From: a virus
Length of the DNA stretch: 31,230 bases
Direction: 5' to 3' (one strand)
IMG/VR virus record: IMGVR_UViG_3300045988_134388
Span: 1 to 31,230 of that record
The position numbers and the translations under genes are program-made. Below the pieces are notes generated by a model, which was given only the letters and a program-made list of their open reading frames with translations, was not told where the DNA came from and made no database searches. Position 1 is the stretch's first letter. Every line of letters begins with the position of its first letter. This document shows positions 1 to 8,562 of the stretch, piece by piece.

Positions 1-287
1 ATAATGCAGCAGCAGTGAATGGAAATAAATTGCTAAGAAATGCTAAGATTCAAGAATATCTTAGTCAGAACATGCAAACAAGAGCTGATGCAACTATAGC
101 AACACAAGATGATATATTAAATAAACTTACTGAAATAGCATTCAATGATGGCTATAAAACAAAGGACCAGTTAAGAGCTTTAGAACTACTTGGCAAAAGA
201 TATGCATTATGGACTGAGAGAGTAGAGACAGAAAATGTAAATACTAATTTTGAGATAACTATAATAGGTGATGATGATGAAACTTAA
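1..287 (+). CDS. terS: Terminase small subunit, C-terminal part (ORF wraps the circular junction; N-terminal part at 31070..31230)
   Basis: The frame of track ORF 15..287 stays open back to nt 1. Bases 1-55 equal 31176-31230, where the same frame starts at ATG 31070. The joined product is 130 aa on a 31175-bp circle. It lies directly upstream of and overlaps terL, the canonical position. Confidence 0.8.
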   Translation, partial: NAAAVNGNKLLRNAKIQEYLSQNMQTRADATIATQDDILNKLTEIAFNDGYKTKDQLRALELLGKRYALWTERVETENVNTNFEITIIGDDDET

Positions 288-1512
288 TCTTCATAAAAGA
301 TTATTTAATGATACATACTATCCTTTATTATTTGATTACTCTCATAGATGGGAAGTTTACAGAGGCTCTGCTGGCTCTGGTAAATCTCACTTTATAGCTC
401 AAAAGATAATAATAAAAGCTCTACAAGAAAAAAGAAGAGTTTTAATCTGTAGAAACACTGGAACAACAATAAGAGAAACAGTATTTAAATTATTTGAAGA
501 AAATCTCCAAAAATTAAAAATATATAATGAATGTTCTATAAACAAAACAAATAGAACAATTACACTTCCAAGTGGCTCAGAGCTTATATTTACTGGATTA
601 GACAGTGAAACTAAGCTATTATCACTTCAAAATATATCAGACATATTCATAGAAGAAGTATATGAAGTCAAGAAAGATATAGTTGAACAGCTTAACCTAA
701 GAATGAGAGGGAAAGCTCCAAATCAACAAATATTTATGGCTTTTAATCCAATATCATCAAAACATTGGCTATATGAGTTTTGTGAAATTAACCCTCCAGA
801 ATCTTTTAGGTACACAGTTACAACATATAAAGATAATAGATTCCTTTCAGATGCTTATATTAAATCTTTAATAGATATGAAAACTCAGAATCCTAAAAAA
901 GCTAGAGTCTATGTGGATGGAGAGTGGGGAGTTCTTATAGATGATGTGGTACTACCTAATCACTCTATAGAAGAATTTAATATCCAAGAGCTTCTAAAGA
1001 ATCCAAAGATAGAAGTTAGAGCAGGAATGGATATGGGATATGTAGACCCAACAACAATAGTTTTAAGTTTGTATGATAAAGAAAATAAAATTATTTATAT
1101 AGCTGATGCTTTTTATGAAAGAGGAGCAACTCTTGATGAAATTGCACAAGCTGCAAGAGATATGGGCCTACATAAAAAGAAAATATATTGTGATTCAGCT
1201 GACCCAAGAGCAATAGCTTTCTTTAATCAACAAGGTTTAAGGGTAGAAGGAGCAAAGAAAGGTAAAAACTCAGTTAAAACTGGTATATCATTCTTACAGA
1301 ATCACAAAATAGTTTGCCATAACAAAAAAAAATGCAAAGAAGTGGCTGCTGAACTTGAAAACTATGTTTATCTTAGAGATAAATTAGGACATCTTATGGA
1401 AGATAAGACTGACCATGATTATTCACATGCTATAGATGCATTAAGATATGCTTATTCAGATATTTATACTCAAGGACTTATATTAATGGACAAGTCAATT
1501 TTCAGCTTATAA
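268..1512 (+). CDS. terL: Terminase large subunit (PBSX/Terminase_3-like)
   Basis: 414-aa ORF. Walker A GSAGSGKS lies near the N-terminus and an acidic nuclease-like tail DHDYSHAIDALRYA at the C-terminus. Start is ambiguous (GTG 268, ATG 271/274/277); AGGTG at 266-270 favours ATG 277. Confidence 0.93.
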   Translation: MMMMKLNLHKRLFNDTYYPLLFDYSHRWEVYRGSAGSGKSHFIAQKIIIKALQEKRRVLICRNTGTTIRETVFKLFEENLQKLKIYNECSINKTNRTITLPSGSELIFTGLDSETKLLSLQNISDIFIEEVYEVKKDIVEQLNLRMRGKAPNQQIFMAFNPISSKHWLYEFCEINPPESFRYTVTTYKDNRFLSDAYIKSLIDMKTQNPKKARVYVDGEWGVLIDDVVLPNHSIEEFNIQELLKNPKIEVRAGMDMGYVDPTTIVLSLYDKENKIIYIADAFYERGATLDEIAQAARDMGLHKKKIYCDSADPRAIAFFNQQGLRVEGAKKGKNSVKTGISFLQNHKIVCHNKKKCKEVAAELENYVYLRDKLGHLMEDKTDHDYSHAIDALRYAYSDIYTQGLILMDKSIFSL

Positions 1513-1617
1513 AAACTTATATCAGTTAGAAAATATCAAACTTTAATTTTTAAAGTATTTTTTGAATTAAAGAATAAAAAACTTAATATTTTAAAGTATT
1601 GATATGTTTTTTAGATT

Positions 1618-1628
1618 TTTGACAGATT
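1618..1628. repeat. Direct repeat TTTGACAGATT, left copy
   Basis: An identical 11-mer recurs at 1926..1936. The two copies bracket the minus-strand small-ORF unit. It contains TTGACA, but no usable -10 follows at 16-18 nt. Confidence 0.6.
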
Positions 1629-1708
1629 CAAATACAGCTAGATGTTCACTTTATTTTTTTAAGTTAGCTCACTTAAAAAATAAAACCATTGAAAATGCTA
1701 TATTCTTT

Positions 1709-1746
1709 CAAACTATTCCCTAAATACATATTTAGAGGATAGTTTG
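1709..1746. repeat. Imperfect 17-bp inverted repeat (hairpin)
   Basis: CAAACTATTCCCTAAAT (1709-25) and ATTTAGAGGATAGTTTG (1730-46) pair at 15/17 positions with a 4-nt loop. Confidence 0.6.
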
Positions 1747-1752
1747 AATTAA

Positions 1753-1780
1753 CAAAGAAAAAGAGCCAAAAGGCTCTTTC
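1753..1780 (-). terminator. Rho-independent terminator for a minus-strand transcript
   Basis: On the minus strand the sequence reads GAAAGAGCC-TTTT-GGCTCTTT followed by TTCTTTGTT. The stem is 8 bp with a 4-nt loop. The U-run exists only on the minus strand. Confidence 0.7.
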
Positions 1781-1796
1781 TCTCCCCTATGCTTTT

Positions 1797-1898
1797 TTAT
1801 GCAAGGGCTATGATAGCTGTTAAACAAGTGATGGCTACAAAAATTGTATTAATCACTCCAAGCACAAAAGAGCATAAGTTATATGTTTCTTGGCTCAT
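1797..1898 (-). CDS. 33-aa hydrophobic peptide MSQETYNLCSFVLGVINTIFVAITCLTAIIALA (candidate type I toxin-like / small membrane protein)
   Basis: Hand-translated and below the track cutoff. AAAGGAGG lies 10 nt upstream of the ATG (complement of 1896-98). It has one predicted TM helix and is followed by the minus-strand terminator at 1753-1780. It is embedded antisense in the + strand late operon. Confidence 0.45.
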   Translation of the reverse strand: MSQETYNLCSFVLGVINTIFVAITCLTAIIALA

Positions 1899-1925
1899 AC
1901 TTCAAAAGCCTCCTTTAGTTTATGA

Positions 1926-1936
1926 TTTGACAGATT
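1926..1936. repeat. Direct repeat TTTGACAGATT, right copy
   Basis: Identical to 1618..1628, located 308 bp away. Confidence 0.6.
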
Positions 1937-1957
1937 TCTATATAGGCATCTGTCTTT

Positions 1958-2015
1958 TCATACTAAAGTAAATACAAACTTCAAATACTTGAAATTCACA
2001 TTTACTTTAGTATGA
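1958..2015. repeat. Long perfect inverted repeat / hairpin
   Basis: CATACTAAAGTAAAT (1959-73) and ATTTACTTTAGTATG (2000-14) are perfectly complementary over 15 bp. The spacer holds a nested TTCAA-ATAC-TTGAA hairpin. Confidence 0.75.
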
Positions 2016-2115
2016 GCTATAAATTAAAGGAACTTATATAGTATAACAGAAAAATACATTAAATTCCATCTAAAATTTAAATTTAAAATTCACTTCAAAA
2101 TAAGGAGCAAATCAA

Positions 2116-3456
2116 ATGAAAGTAAGATTATCAAAAAACACTGGCTTAACTCCAGATGTAATTAAATCATTAATAGATTCACATAAAAAAGAAATAACTA
2201 GACTTGATTTATTAGACTCTTATTATAGAAGTAATGCTCCTATAATGAAGAGAAGAAAAAAAGACCCAACTAAATCAAATAATAAACTGGTTACAAACTA
2301 TGCAAGATATATAACTACAATGTCTACTGGTTATTTTATGGGTATACCAATACAAATAAGATGCAAAGATGAAAATTTATTAGACAGATTAACAGCTATT
2401 TTTAAATATAATGATGAGCCAGATTTAAATACTACACTGGCTACAAATAACAGTAAATATGGATATTCATATGAATTACACTATATGGATGAGCAAGGCA
2501 GAAACAGAATGGCAGCTGTTGACCCAAGAGAAATAATTTATATAACAGATAATACTTTAAATGATGAGCCAACAGCTGCTATAAGATACTTTGAAATAAA
2601 AGATGCTGTAGATGATAATAAAAAGATATACTCAATAGAAGTTTATACAAAAGATTCTATATTATATTACAGCATGGATGGAGACTCTGTAGCTCTTATA
2701 GATGAACAGCAACATCCATTCAAAGATATACCTATAATAAGATATATAAACAATGCAGATGAAATTGGAGACTATGAGCCAGTTTTAACCTTAATAGATG
2801 CTTATGATAAGATTCAATCAGACACAGCTAATGACTTTGAAGAACTAACAGATTCATTCTTGTTGGTATCTGGGGAAGTTTTAGATGTTGAGCAAGCATT
2901 GAGATTAAAAGAAGTAAAAGTATTTAATTTTCCTAATAAAGAAGGAAGAGTTGAATTTGTAACTAAAAATATAAATGATTCAGCTTTAGAGAATTTTAAA
3001 ACAAGACTTGATAAAGATATTCATAAAAACTCATATACTCCTAATATGTCAGATGAAAACTTTGTAGGCAATAGCTCTGGTGTTTCTATGGCTTATAAGC
3101 TGCAAGGATTAGAATTCTTAACTGGAGTAAAAGAGCAGAAGTTTAAAAAAGGACTATTCAGAAGAGTTGAGCTTCTTTCTAATGTATTAAATATAAGAAC
3201 TAATCAGCAAATGAATTTTACAGATGTTGAATTTATATTTACTAGAAATAATCCTAAGAACTTAGTTGAAATAGTTGAGATGGCTACTGATTTGACTGGA
3301 ATAATATCAAATGAAACTCAGCTTGATTTACTTCCAATGGTTGATAAAGACCAAGAGTTAAAAAGGCTTGAACAAGAGAAAAAGCAACAATCAGAAGAGA
3401 TGAATCTATTTGATTTTAATAATGACATACAAATGTATGAGACTAAACCAGAGTAG
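2116..3456 (+). CDS. Portal protein (SPP1 gp6-like)
   Basis: 446-aa ORF with SD AAGGAG. The N-terminal NNKLVTNYARYITTMSTGYFMGIPI block is typical of SPP1-family portals. It lies after terL. Confidence 0.9.
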   Translation: MKVRLSKNTGLTPDVIKSLIDSHKKEITRLDLLDSYYRSNAPIMKRRKKDPTKSNNKLVTNYARYITTMSTGYFMGIPIQIRCKDENLLDRLTAIFKYNDEPDLNTTLATNNSKYGYSYELHYMDEQGRNRMAAVDPREIIYITDNTLNDEPTAAIRYFEIKDAVDDNKKIYSIEVYTKDSILYYSMDGDSVALIDEQQHPFKDIPIIRYINNADEIGDYEPVLTLIDAYDKIQSDTANDFEELTDSFLLVSGEVLDVEQALRLKEVKVFNFPNKEGRVEFVTKNINDSALENFKTRLDKDIHKNSYTPNMSDENFVGNSSGVSMAYKLQGLEFLTGVKEQKFKKGLFRRVELLSNVLNIRTNQQMNFTDVEFIFTRNNPKNLVEIVEMATDLTGIISNETQLDLLPMVDKDQELKRLEQEKKQQSEEMNLFDFNNDIQMYETKPE

Positions 3457-3465
3457 GTGATGTAG

Positions 3466-5001
3466 ATGCCACATTACACAAGAGGCATGGGAAGCAGAGC
3501 TTACTGGGAAGAAAGAATGCTAGACAGAGATTTATTTGCTAGACAGACAGAGGATGAAGTTTTAAGAATTATTAATAGCAAATATCAAGCTGCATTCAGA
3601 GAAATCAGAAGAGATTTAAATGATTTCTATAATAGATATGCAACTGAAAATGGATTAACACTTCAACAGCTGCAACAGAGGCTCTCACCTATAGAAATGA
3701 GAGAATATCAAACACAGATGAGAGAATTACAAAGAATGTATTCTCAATATCAAAGTGAAAGAATACTTCAAGAAATGCAAATCTTATCTAATAGAGCTTA
3801 TATAACAAGACAAATGGCTCTATTAGATTCAATAAATATAAAGTTAATAGAAACAGCACACAATGTTCAAATAACTATGCAAGACCATCTAGAAGGCATA
3901 TACAGAAGAGAATATGCTGCTGCTTTAGAAGGACTTGGAGTTAATTCTAATGTAGTTATTCCAACAAGAGCTGTTAGAGAAATAATAGAATATCCTTATG
4001 CTGGAGCAATGTTTTCAGATAGAATCTGGAGAAATAAGGACCAGCTATTAAATTATATTAATGATGATTTAGTTAAAGGAATTATTAAAGGTTCTTCTAT
4101 TCAAAATATGTCTAAGGACCTAATGAATAGATGCAATACTTTATATTATCAAGCAGAAAGATTAGTAAGAACTGAAACTAATTATGCTATGACTCAAGGC
4201 CATTTGAATGGTTATAAAGATGCAGGAATAGAGCAATATCAATTCTTTGCTTTCATAGATAATAGAACATCAAGACAATGTAAAACACTTGATAATATGG
4301 TTTACAATATAAGAGAGGCTCAAGCAGGAACTAATCTGCCTCCTATGCATCCTAATTGCAGGAGTACAATAATTCCTATAGTAAACAGAAAAGCTCCTAT
4401 AGATATAATAGAGAAAGAGCCAGCAAAAACAGATGCAGCTGCTCCAGAAATAAAACATCTTGAATTTAAGGATAAAAAATCAGCAACTGAATATGCTATT
4501 AAAAATCTTGGATTTGAGAAAGTAAACTGGGGAAGAAAACTGACTCAAGAAATGATAAATGATACAATAAGTTCTATAGATAGAGTATTTAATATGTACC
4601 CACAACTTAAAGGCTCTATGAAGGAAATAACAACAGCTTCTGATATGGGAAGAGCTATTGCTTCTGTAAGTTATTATGGAACTCTAAAATTATCTACTTC
4701 TTTATACTATAACCAAAATAAAGCAAAGAGAATTCATACTATAACTCATGAATGCTCTCATATGATAGAGAGAATAAAAGACTGGAACAAATTTGCTCCA
4801 AAAGTAGTTGATGAAGCAATTAACAATCTTGGTTATGATGCAAAGGAAGCAGCAAGTGCAGTTAGAGCAATATCAAGATATGCTACAACTGGAAAAGATG
4901 AATGCATGGCTGAGGCTTTTGCAGAAGCATTAACAGAGGGAGATAAAGCAAGTCCATTGGCTAAGGAGATATTAAAAATATTAAATAAGGAGTTAAGATA
5001 A
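3466..5001 (+). CDS. Head morphogenesis / minor capsid protein (MuF, SPP1 gp7 family) with ~205-aa C-terminal extension carrying HExxH
   Basis: The N-terminal ~305 aa end in the family signature NRTSRQCKTLD...PPMHPNCRSTIIP. The extension (nt ~4381-5001) contains HECSH (nt 4747-4761) and a later acidic ECMAEAFAEAL. Confidence 0.85.
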   Translation: MPHYTRGMGSRAYWEERMLDRDLFARQTEDEVLRIINSKYQAAFREIRRDLNDFYNRYATENGLTLQQLQQRLSPIEMREYQTQMRELQRMYSQYQSERILQEMQILSNRAYITRQMALLDSINIKLIETAHNVQITMQDHLEGIYRREYAAALEGLGVNSNVVIPTRAVREIIEYPYAGAMFSDRIWRNKDQLLNYINDDLVKGIIKGSSIQNMSKDLMNRCNTLYYQAERLVRTETNYAMTQGHLNGYKDAGIEQYQFFAFIDNRTSRQCKTLDNMVYNIREAQAGTNLPPMHPNCRSTIIPIVNRKAPIDIIEKEPAKTDAAAPEIKHLEFKDKKSATEYAIKNLGFEKVNWGRKLTQEMINDTISSIDRVFNMYPQLKGSMKEITTASDMGRAIASVSYYGTLKLSTSLYYNQNKAKRIHTITHECSHMIERIKDWNKFAPKVVDEAINNLGYDAKEAASAVRAISRYATTGKDECMAEAFAEALTEGDKASPLAKEILKILNKELR

Positions 5002-5136
5002 ATGGTTTATGATATAAAAGATATAGAACAATATATCAATATGGATTTATTTAACTGGACTATAAAAGAAGATGCTCCAGACTGGGCAAAAGAACAGTTT
5101 GAGGAGTTTATGGAAAAACTTAATAAAGACAAATAA
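5002..5136 (+). CDS. 44-aa acidic hypothetical protein
   Basis: Hand-translated MVYDIKDIEQYINMDLFNWTIKEDAPDWAKEQFEEFMEKLNKDK. The ATG directly abuts the MuF stop, consistent with translational coupling. Confidence 0.5.
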   Translation: MVYDIKDIEQYINMDLFNWTIKEDAPDWAKEQFEEFMEKLNKDK

Positions 5137-5174
5137 AAAATAGAACATTTATGTTACCATGTATTTACTGATAA

Positions 5175-5203
5175 TTGTAAAAATATGTAAGATAATATAT
5201 AAT
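5175..5203 (+). promoter_or_regulatory. Sigma-A-type promoter of the moron
   Basis: TTGTAA (5175-80), a 17-nt spacer, then a perfect TATAAT (5198-5203). Confidence 0.55.
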
Positions 5204-5247
5204 GAAGTAAAAATTTAAATTTATGTAAATATATGGAGGATAATATT

Positions 5248-5811
5248 ATGAATAGGAATATACATGAAATAGGGTTAAATCAGATTCTTCCACTGTTTAT
5301 ATGTAAGGATATAAATGATTCTATGAGAGATTATATACTGAATCATACTTATACTTACTCAATAGTTGATGATGATAGTAGAGGATGTTCATATTATAGT
5401 TTTTTAGATGGAAATGGACATGAAATAGCAAAGCTTATTTCTGGAGATAATTTTTCTTCTATGCTTATGGGGTTTGATGATACAAATACATTTAAGTTAA
5501 TAAAATTTGAAAAACCAAAATACTCTTATTATTCAGCTCATATTGACAAATCAATAAGAAAAATAGATAGTGAAAGAGAAAAAAATTTAAATGAAACATT
5601 AGTAATTTTACAGGAGTTACTTAAACCAGAATATTATGCAAGAACTACTCAGTTTGCATTCTGCACACATGTCTGGGAGACACAAAAAAAGCATATTGTT
5701 TTTACACAAGAGCTTAAAAAAGTAATTACTATACAATACAATCAAAATACTGGTTCATATGATATTGTTTATATTAATAATGACATATATAGAGACTTAT
5801 TAAATTATTAA
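5248..5811 (+). CDS. Hypothetical protein (moron; no recognisable motif)
   Basis: The track ORF is 5233..5811. ATG 5248 is preferred because GGAGGA at 5235-40 sits 7 nt upstream. It is flanked by its own promoter and terminator between the head morphogenesis and scaffold genes. Confidence 0.8.
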   Translation: MNRNIHEIGLNQILPLFICKDINDSMRDYILNHTYTYSIVDDDSRGCSYYSFLDGNGHEIAKLISGDNFSSMLMGFDDTNTFKLIKFEKPKYSYYSAHIDKSIRKIDSEREKNLNETLVILQELLKPEYYARTTQFAFCTHVWETQKKHIVFTQELKKVITIQYNQNTGSYDIVYINNDIYRDLLNY

Positions 5812-5825
5812 TATACTATAAAAAG

Positions 5826-5850
5826 AGAGCTTTTATGATGCTCTTTTTTT
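5826..5850 (+). terminator. Weak rho-independent terminator
   Basis: AGAGC-TTTTATGAT-GCTCT followed by T7. Confidence 0.5.
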
Positions 5851-5941
5851 ATGCCTTTTTTACTTGATTGTTAGGCTTTAAAGAAATAACATGGCTAATC
5901 ATTCTACAGTCTACACAGACTTTAAACTTGGGAGAATTAGA

Positions 5942-6529
5942 ATGGAAAATAATCAAATACAAAATACAGAAGTTAAAGAGCCAATAGCTCCAGAAACAAA
6001 TAATGGACAAGCTCCACAAGAGCCAGAAGTAAAAACTTTTACTCAAGATGAAGTAAATAAGATGATAGAAAAAAGACTGGCTAGAGAAAAGAAAGACTTA
6101 GCAGCACAGATAGAAAGAGAAAGAGAAGAATCTGCAAAGCTGGCTAAAATGTCTGAATCAGAAAGACAAAAAGCAATACTAGAAAAACAGATGAAAGAAT
6201 TTGAAGAGATGAAGGCAGCTTTTGAGAAAGAAAAGCTATTAAATGAAACATCAAAGCAACTGGCTCAAAATAATTTACCAGTTGAATTTGCAGAGTATTT
6301 AATAACTAAAGATGCTGAATCTACTTTCAATAATATAAACACATTTAAAGAAAAATGGAATGCAGCACTAGAGGCAGCTCTTGATGAAAGAATGAAAGGA
6401 AAGTCTCCAGCAGCAGCTCCATTAAGTAATAAAGTAACTCTTACAATGGCTGATGTTAGAGCAATGTCTACAGCAGAAGTACAAGCAAGATGGGCAGAAG
6501 TTCAAGAGGCTATGAAAAGAGGAATATAA
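5942..6529 (+). CDS. Scaffolding protein
   Basis: The ORF is open from 5891. ATG 5942 has the better SD (GGGAGA). The product is Glu/Lys/Ala-rich, looks like a coiled coil, and lies immediately before the capsid gene. Confidence 0.8.
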   Translation: MENNQIQNTEVKEPIAPETNNGQAPQEPEVKTFTQDEVNKMIEKRLAREKKDLAAQIEREREESAKLAKMSESERQKAILEKQMKEFEEMKAAFEKEKLLNETSKQLAQNNLPVEFAEYLITKDAESTFNNINTFKEKWNAALEAALDERMKGKSPAAAPLSNKVTLTMADVRAMSTAEVQARWAEVQEAMKRGI

Positions 6530-6541
6530 CTCAGTTAAATC

Positions 6542-6573
6542 AGTAGTCTGACAAGTTGTCTGACTACTTTTTT
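6542..6573 (+). terminator. Rho-independent terminator
   Basis: AGTAGTCTGAC / GTCTGACTACT forms a stem of 7 bp, one mismatch, then 3 bp, followed by T5. Confidence 0.7.
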
Positions 6574-6624
6574 ATATATATCAAATCAATTAATCAAATC
6601 TAAAAATCAATTCAAAAAGGTAAG

Positions 6625-6659
6625 CCAGCAAGTCATGCTGGAGCTGCAACACATGCAGC
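6625..6659 (+). promoter_or_regulatory. Two tandem 6-bp/5-nt-loop GC-rich hairpins in the capsid 5' leader
   Basis: CCAGCA-AGTCA-TGCTGG (6625-41) and GCTGCA-ACACA-TGCAGC (6643-59), 20 nt upstream of ATG 6679. Confidence 0.5.
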
Positions 6660-6678
6660 ATAGAAAGGAATTAATTCA

Positions 6679-7482
6679 ATGTCAGTACAAACTTTTATAC
6701 CACAAATATGGGAAGCATCATTATTAAAGAAATTCCATGAAACTTCAATAGCAGAAGTTATAACAACAGCTCCTACTAAAATAGAAGGAAATAGAATAGT
6801 TTTCAATCATGTATCAGATGTAGCTGTTAAAGATTATACTGGAACAGTTTCATGGGATGGATTAACAACTTCTAAAGTTGAATTAAACATGGATGTGAAA
6901 AAATATTTTGCATTCAAAGTTGATGATGTAGATGCTGTTCAAGCTGCTGGAGATTTAATAAATGCTCATACAGAAGAAGCTGCTTATTCTATGCAAGAAG
7001 AAATGGACAAAGCAGTTTTAACAGAAGCTTTAACAACTGAAAATGTTGTAGAAAGAACAAGTGAAAATGCTTATGACTTAATAGTTAAATGTAATACAGC
7101 TTTAAATAAAAAGAAAGTATCTAAAGCTAACAGATATGCAGTAATAAACTCTGAAATATTAGAGCAATTACAATTAGACCCAAGATTTACAGCTAATTAC
7201 ACTGTATTAGAAAATGGTATAGTTGATGGAGCTAAAATAAATGGTGTTCAATTAGTATTATCAGAAGAATTAAATGGTGGAGTTGCTGCAATAGTTGTTC
7301 TTCATAAATCTGCTATAGGATTTGGAAAACAATTAGACAAAGTTGAAGCAATGAGATTAGAAAACTCTATGGCTGATGGTGTAAGAGGTTTAGGAGTTGC
7401 TGGAACTAAGATATTAAGACCAGATGCAGTTGTTAAATGTGTTCCATCATTTGCTGCTAGAGCTGCTAAAGCTTCTAAATAA
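6679..7482 (+). CDS. Major capsid protein
   Basis: 267-aa ORF after the scaffold gene. The N-terminus is FIPQIWEASLLKKFHETS, as in small P22-coat-like/HK97-fold capsid families. It has a strong SD and a terminator downstream. Confidence 0.85.
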   Translation: MSVQTFIPQIWEASLLKKFHETSIAEVITTAPTKIEGNRIVFNHVSDVAVKDYTGTVSWDGLTTSKVELNMDVKKYFAFKVDDVDAVQAAGDLINAHTEEAAYSMQEEMDKAVLTEALTTENVVERTSENAYDLIVKCNTALNKKKVSKANRYAVINSEILEQLQLDPRFTANYTVLENGIVDGAKINGVQLVLSEELNGGVAAIVVLHKSAIGFGKQLDKVEAMRLENSMADGVRGLGVAGTKILRPDAVVKCVPSFAARAAKASK

Positions 7483-7498
7483 TAAAATAAAAATCAAT

Positions 7499-7530
7499 AA
7501 AGCTCTGGCTCTTGCTGGAGCTTTTATTTT
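7499..7530 (+). terminator. Rho-independent terminator
   Basis: AAAGCTC...GAGCTTT stem followed by TATTTT. Confidence 0.65.
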
Positions 7531-7546
7531 ATAAGGAGTTGATAAC

Positions 7547-7897
7547 ATGTTTACATCATTCAACTTCCCTAAAGAATCTGAGATTAATGCTCTTAATAGA
7601 ATAAAAATTAAACTTGGATTAAATGATGGGAACAAAGATGAACTTTTAACAGTTTTATTTGATGATGCATCTAATCTAGTTTGCACTTACATTAACTCAG
7701 ATGTATTACCTAACAAGCTTTCTTGGATGGCAGAAGAGATAGCAATTAAAAGATTTAGAAAAATTGGAGCAGAGGGAATTAAATCTAAACAGATAGATGT
7801 TATTAGAAAAGATTTTGATGAAAATATCTTATCTGAATATATTGTAACTCTTGATAAATACATCAAAGAAAACTCAAATAAACTGAGGCTGTTTTAA
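7547..7897 (+). CDS. Head-tail connector (gp6-like DNA-packaging/connector protein)
   Basis: 116 aa. Assigned from position and the typical small helical N-terminus. Its stop overlaps the next start. Confidence 0.7.
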   Translation: MFTSFNFPKESEINALNRIKIKLGLNDGNKDELLTVLFDDASNLVCTYINSDVLPNKLSWMAEEIAIKRFRKIGAEGIKSKQIDVIRKDFDENILSEYIVTLDKYIKENSNKLRLF

Positions 7898-8190
7898 TGA
7901 ATGAAGATGCAAAAGTAAATATATATTCAAAAGCTTTTGTGCCAGATGGTATGGGTGGTGGAGAGTATAGAGAAACTTATCATGGCTCAATTGATTGTGA
8001 GATTGCTCCAATAACTACAAAATTAATTGATGCTAATGGAAGAGTTATATCACATCAAATATTAAAACTGTTTACAGAAACAAAAATAGAGTTAGATAAC
8101 TTTATAGTTGAATATAACAACAAAAAATATAAAAAGTTCTATGAAACAGATTACACTGAAATAATTATGTATGAGCTGGAGTTGATTTAA
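7897..8190 (+). CDS. Head closure / head-tail adaptor protein
   Basis: 97 aa, translationally coupled (ATGA overlap). Assigned from synteny. Confidence 0.65.
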   Translation: MNEDAKVNIYSKAFVPDGMGGGEYRETYHGSIDCEIAPITTKLIDANGRVISHQILKLFTETKIELDNFIVEYNNKKYKKFYETDYTEIIMYELELI

Positions 8191-8562
8191 ATGAGATTCA
8201 AAATAAATACTAACTTTGATTCATTTACAAGAAATTTAGAAAATTCAAGAGAGCAAGCTCTAATTGCTGCTGTTCAAGAACTTAATAACACAGCTCTCAG
8301 TGTGGAAAGTACAGCAAAACAGAATATCAAAAATAATAAAACTGTAGATACTGGAAGGCTTTTAGGCTCTATTAATACAAAGTTAGCAAAAGTAAGCACA
8401 AATGCAACAGCAGAAGTTGGAACTAATGTTGAATATGCAAATTATATTGAATATGGAACAAGCAAGATGGGAGCAAAACCTTTCTTGAATCCTGCTTTTG
8501 ATGTTGAAACTGATGGCTTAGATAATAGAATAAGACAAGCAGTTAGAGATGCTTTCAGATAA
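8191..8562 (+). CDS. HK97 gp10-family tail-completion/neck protein
   Basis: VEYANYIEYGTSKMGAKPFLNPAF is the characteristic gp10-family block. Confidence 0.8.
   Translation: MRFKINTNFDSFTRNLENSREQALIAAVQELNNTALSVESTAKQNIKNNKTVDTGRLLGSINTKLAKVSTNATAEVGTNVEYANYIEYGTSKMGAKPFLNPAFDVETDGLDNRIRQAVRDAFR

Noticed and set aside
1619-1932. The TTGACA inside the two TTTGACAGATT repeats acting as -35 promoter boxes.
   Set aside because: Neither copy has an acceptable -10 hexamer at 16-18 nt. TATATA follows the right copy at only 6 nt.
1789-1971. 60-aa + strand ORF in the terL-portal island.
   Set aside because: It has no SD and a junk-like sequence. It is simply the antisense of the SD-bearing minus-strand 33-aa ORF and its leader.
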